Origin: Acidobacteriota bacterium | GTDB lineage: Bacteria; Acidobacteriota; Vicinamibacteria; Vicinamibacterales; JAKQTR01 | DNA: 64,000 bases | Assembly: GCA_037133015.1 (NCBI GenBank) | Contig: JBAXOX010000005.1 | Span: forward strand, 50,086-114,085 | Direction of reading: 5' to 3' | In this document: positions 61,243 to 64,000 of the stretch, in pieces | How positions within the stretch are numbered: the first letter of the stretch is position 1 | Layout: every line of letters starts with the position of its first letter | Notes under the pieces: model-generated | The model's database searches: none | Seen by the model: the letters and a program-made list of their open reading frames with translations, nothing else | What the model was told of the DNA's origin: nothing | Position numbers and translations under genes: made by a program

Positions 61243-64000
61243 ATGAATCCGAACGACACTAGCACGGGGCCGGAGCCGACGGGAGTGGACCGGCGCGAGT
61301 TCCTTCGCGTAAGTGGCGCGCTTGCCGCGGGCGGGGCGCTCGTCAGCGCCGGCTGCCAGGTTCCGCAGGAGGCGACGGTCCCGTTTCACGACATGCCCGA
61401 GAACCTGGTTGATGGCCTTGGCCACGCCCGGTTCTTCCATACCGTGCTCGACCAATCGCCTGTCGTGGTGAAAACGCGGGAAGGCCGGCCCATCCTCGTG
61501 ACGCCGCGCGCGAACGACGAGAGTGGCCGCGGCCTGACGGTCCGTCATCACGCCGCGCTCATGGATCTCTACGATCCGGATCGAGCCAGCGGGCCAATGT
61601 CCGTGCGGCGCGGTGCGGGCGCGCAGGTGCCGTCCTCGTGGGCCGCGCTGTCGCCCGACATCGTGTCACGGCTTACGGCCGCCGGCCCGAAGTCGGTGCT
61701 GCTGACCGGTCCGGTCAACAGCCCGGCGCTGGCCGCGGCGATCGCGGCGATCGCCGCACGAACCGGCGCACGGCACGTCGTGTGGTCGCCGATCGAGGCC
61801 GATGCGGCGAGCCAGGCCTGGAAGCAGGCCTTCGGCGACGCGCGGGTCTCGAGGCCGCGGCTCGACAACGCTGACCTGATTGTCGGCCTTGGCGCCGAGT
61901 TTCTCGACCGGCCCGGCGACGGCCTGGAGCGGGATTTCGCTGTGCGACGCTCGCCCGATCAGCCCGACGGCCGCACCATGAGCCGTTTCGTCCAGTTCGA
62001 AGGCCGGCTGTCGCTGACAGGGGCCAACGCGGATCGGCGCATCCGGGTGCGCGACTCGCAGTTGGCCCGGGTAGGCGCGGCGCTCGCCCACGAGCTGATT
62101 GTCGCGCGCAAGCTCGGCCCGCTGGCATCGAACGCCGACGTGACGAAGGCGCTCGCGTCGTTTGGCATCGACGCGGTGGCCGCGCAGATTGGCGTCGACG
62201 CCAAGGTGCTCAAAGCCGTCGCCGACGAGCTGTCCGCCGCCTCCGGCAAGGCGCTGGTGCTGGCGAGCGGGTCGGCGACTGCCTCGATGTCGGGGCCGGC
62301 CCTTGAACTGGCCGCCGTGCTGATCAATGTGACTCTCGGCGCCTTCGACGCCGGACTCTTCGACGCGGCCGCAGCCATCGAGCCGGTGGTCGGCACAGCG
62401 GCGGCGCTGGCCGCGCTGGCCGCCGACATGTTCGCCGGACACGTCGAATTGTTGATCGTGGCCGGCGCGAATCCGGTCTACGACGCCCCCGCCTTCGCCC
62501 GCTCGGCCGGCGCGTCAGCGGGGCTGGCGCGTGCGACCTTCACGTTCGCCGAGGCGATGGCGAAGGTTCGCTACGTCGTCTCGATGAACGACCGGATCGA
62601 CGAGACGGGACGGCTTGCCGACGTGCTCATGCCCATCAGCCATCCGTTCGAGTGCTGGAGTGACGCGGCGTTGCCGAAGGGCATCGTGGCGATCCAGCAG
62701 CCGGTGATCCAGCCGCTGTTCGATACGCGCGGCCTGCTCGACGTCCTGGTTGAGTGGGCGGCCGGCGTGGGCGATGCGGCCGCCATCGCGGCTGTCGCCG
62801 CCGCGGCGGCGGCGGCGGCGAAGATTCCGGTGGTGTCGACGGCCGCGTTGGCCGAGAGCCCGAACCCCGCATGGCATTACTTGCGAGCCACGTGGGCCGC
62901 ACGGCTTGGGACCGATGTGGCGACGCCGGCGTTCAACACGTCGTGGAACGAGGTGCTGCGGGTGGGTCAGTACACGGCGAACGCGCCAGCGATGCGCGCG
63001 CCGACCGGTGCACCATCGGGCTCGGTGGTCGCCTCTGGCGCGTTGGCGCTGTTCGGCACGGTGTCGCCCGATGCGACGGCGAAGGCGGGGCTCGAACTGC
63101 AGCTCTACCCCCACTTCGCACTCGCAGACGGGCGCTCGGCCAACAACGGCTGGCTCAACGAACTGCCCGACCCCATCACCCGCATCACCTGGGGCGGCGC
63201 CCTCTCCATTGCCCCGCGACGGTTCGACGAGATGAAGCTCGTCAATGGCGATTTGATCGAGGTCGATGCGGGCCACGCCAAACTCGTCGCGCCGGCGTAC
63301 CGGCACGCGGGCATGCACGACGACCAGGTGGCGCTGCCGCTCGGTCTGGGACGCACCGCGTGCGGCGTGATCGGCAACGGCGTGGGAACCAACGCCTTTC
63401 CGATGCGGGTCATCCAGGCCGGACACGTGATCTCCGCCTCGCTCCCGGTGACGATGCGCCGGGTTGGAGGCAACGAGCCGCTGGCGTTGGCGCAGGGCTC
63501 CGAAGTGATCGATCGCGACCGGCGGCCGCTGGTGCCGGCCACCACGTTGTCCGAGTACAAGAAAAGTCCGAAGGCGGGCACCGAGCAGGAAGAGGGCGGA
63601 CCCTCGATCTGGTCGGGGCACGAGTATCCCAAGACCCGGTGGGCGATGGCCATCGACCTCAGCACGTGCAACGGGTGCGGCAAGTGCGTGGTGGGCTGCC
63701 AGGCCGAGAACAACATCCCAGTGGTCGGCCGGGCCGGCATGCTCGATGGCCGGCCCATGTCGTGGATGCGGATCGACCGGTACTACGACGCTCCGAAGAA
63801 GGATGGCAAGTGGGATGCCGAGGTCTGGGACGGTCCGCTGGCGGTGGTCGAGGAGCCGCAGACGCTGTTCGAGCCGATGCTCTGTCAGCACTGCGAAAAC
63901 GCCCCGTGCGAAACCGTCTGCCCGTTCGTGGCCACCATGCACAGCGCCGATGGCGTCAACCAGCAGGTGTACAACCGGTGCGTCGGCACCCGGTACTGCG
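61243..64000 (+). CDS. actB: Alternative Complex III subunit ActB (molybdopterin-oxidoreductase-like + FeS domains); 3' end lies outside the window
   Basis: Absent from the track because it is open at the window end. My translation from ATG 61243 gives MNPNDTSTGPEPTGVDRREFLRVSGALAAGGALVSAGC (Tat-like). A long molybdopterin-like domain follows, then the FeS motifs CNGCGKCVVGCQAENN, CQHCENAPCETVCP and CVGTRYC. Confidence 0.85.
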   Translation, partial: MNPNDTSTGPEPTGVDRREFLRVSGALAAGGALVSAGCQVPQEATVPFHDMPENLVDGLGHARFFHTVLDQSPVVVKTREGRPILVTPRANDESGRGLTVRHHAALMDLYDPDRASGPMSVRRGAGAQVPSSWAALSPDIVSRLTAAGPKSVLLTGPVNSPALAAAIAAIAARTGARHVVWSPIEADAASQAWKQAFGDARVSRPRLDNADLIVGLGAEFLDRPGDGLERDFAVRRSPDQPDGRTMSRFVQFEGRLSLTGANADRRIRVRDSQLARVGAALAHELIVARKLGPLASNADVTKALASFGIDAVAAQIGVDAKVLKAVADELSAASGKALVLASGSATASMSGPALELAAVLINVTLGAFDAGLFDAAAAIEPVVGTAAALAALAADMFAGHVELLIVAGANPVYDAPAFARSAGASAGLARATFTFAEAMAKVRYVVSMNDRIDETGRLADVLMPISHPFECWSDAALPKGIVAIQQPVIQPLFDTRGLLDVLVEWAAGVGDAAAIAAVAAAAAAAAKIPVVSTAALAESPNPAWHYLRATWAARLGTDVATPAFNTSWNEVLRVGQYTANAPAMRAPTGAPSGSVVASGALALFGTVSPDATAKAGLELQLYPHFALADGRSANNGWLNELPDPITRITWGGALSIAPRRFDEMKLVNGDLIEVDAGHAKLVAPAYRHAGMHDDQVALPLGLGRTACGVIGNGVGTNAFPMRVIQAGHVISASLPVTMRRVGGNEPLALAQGSEVIDRDRRPLVPATTLSEYKKSPKAGTEQEEGGPSIWSGHEYPKTRWAMAIDLSTCNGCGKCVVGCQAENNIPVVGRAGMLDGRPMSWMRIDRYYDAPKKDGKWDAEVWDGPLAVVEEPQTLFEPMLCQHCENAPCETVCPFVATMHSADGVNQQVYNRCVGTRYC

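Noticed and set aside
1-64000. Search by eye for tRNA, rRNA, tmRNA or RNase P-like sequences in the intergenic gaps (e.g. 15105..15377, 24332..24727, 26055..26378, 44987..45263, 48890..49045, 52436..52740).
   Set aside because: I found no cloverleaf-compatible GTTCGAATC-type T-arm contexts or rRNA-like conserved blocks. This is a manual scan only, so tRNAscan-SE or Infernal should be run to confirm absence.

Overview
This is a high-GC bacterial chromosomal segment (roughly two-thirds G+C by eye, not computed), densely coding on both strands. The gene content suggests an Acidobacteriota- or Gemmatimonadota-like soil bacterium: a PEGA-domain protein, a Ser/Thr kinase fused to TolB-like PD40 propellers, BNR/Asp-box propeller proteins, and Alternative Complex III next to a cbb3 oxidase. 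That taxonomic call is inference only.

I can support about 45 protein-coding genes:
- a partial BNR-repeat protein (open at position 1, absent from the ORF track);
- two RND adaptor+permease pairs with no outer-membrane factor gene;
- a POT peptide transporter;
- a GT-C-like membrane protein;
- a PEGA protein;
- a 637-aa double-SIS MurQ/GCKR-like protein;
- a DEAD-box helicase;
- a small RHH protein overlapping ftsB;
- an O-antigen-ligase-family protein;
- a copper cluster (Tat multicopper oxidase, CusB-like adaptor with three YHS domains, PilZ protein, orphan NarL-type response regulator);
- a nitronate monooxygenase flanked by two gene relics;
- crcB, a Ser/Thr kinase, an HD-type (p)ppGpp-hydrolase-like protein, and uppP;
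- a 2077-aa secreted metzincin with Ig-like, BNR-propeller and MBG-like domains plus five copies of an unrecognised Cys-pair module;
- a higBA toxin-antitoxin pair;
- a secreted S1/P1 nuclease with a Cys-rich C-terminal domain;
- a PQQ-like propeller protein;
- a more A/T-rich islet of secreted hypothetical proteins;
- a complete cbb3 oxidase locus (fused ccoNO, ccoQ-like, monoheme ccoP, ccoGHIS) running straight into actA/actB of Alternative Complex III (actB is open at the window end).

I recognised no rRNA, tRNA, CRISPR array, transposase, integrase or canonical defence system. Many very long ORFs in the supplied track are R/G/P/A-rich antisense or out-of-frame shadows of real genes.

The items most worth a second look are:
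- the five-fold Cys-pair C-terminal module of the giant metzincin, and a relic of that repeat stranded beyond the higBA cassette;
- the orphan CusB-like/3xYHS adaptor beside the multicopper oxidase;
- the RHH-ftsB pair with an AT-rich repeat array and a leaderless-type promoter;
- a heptanucleotide microsatellite upstream of the second RND operon;
- the ccoS-actA translational coupling.
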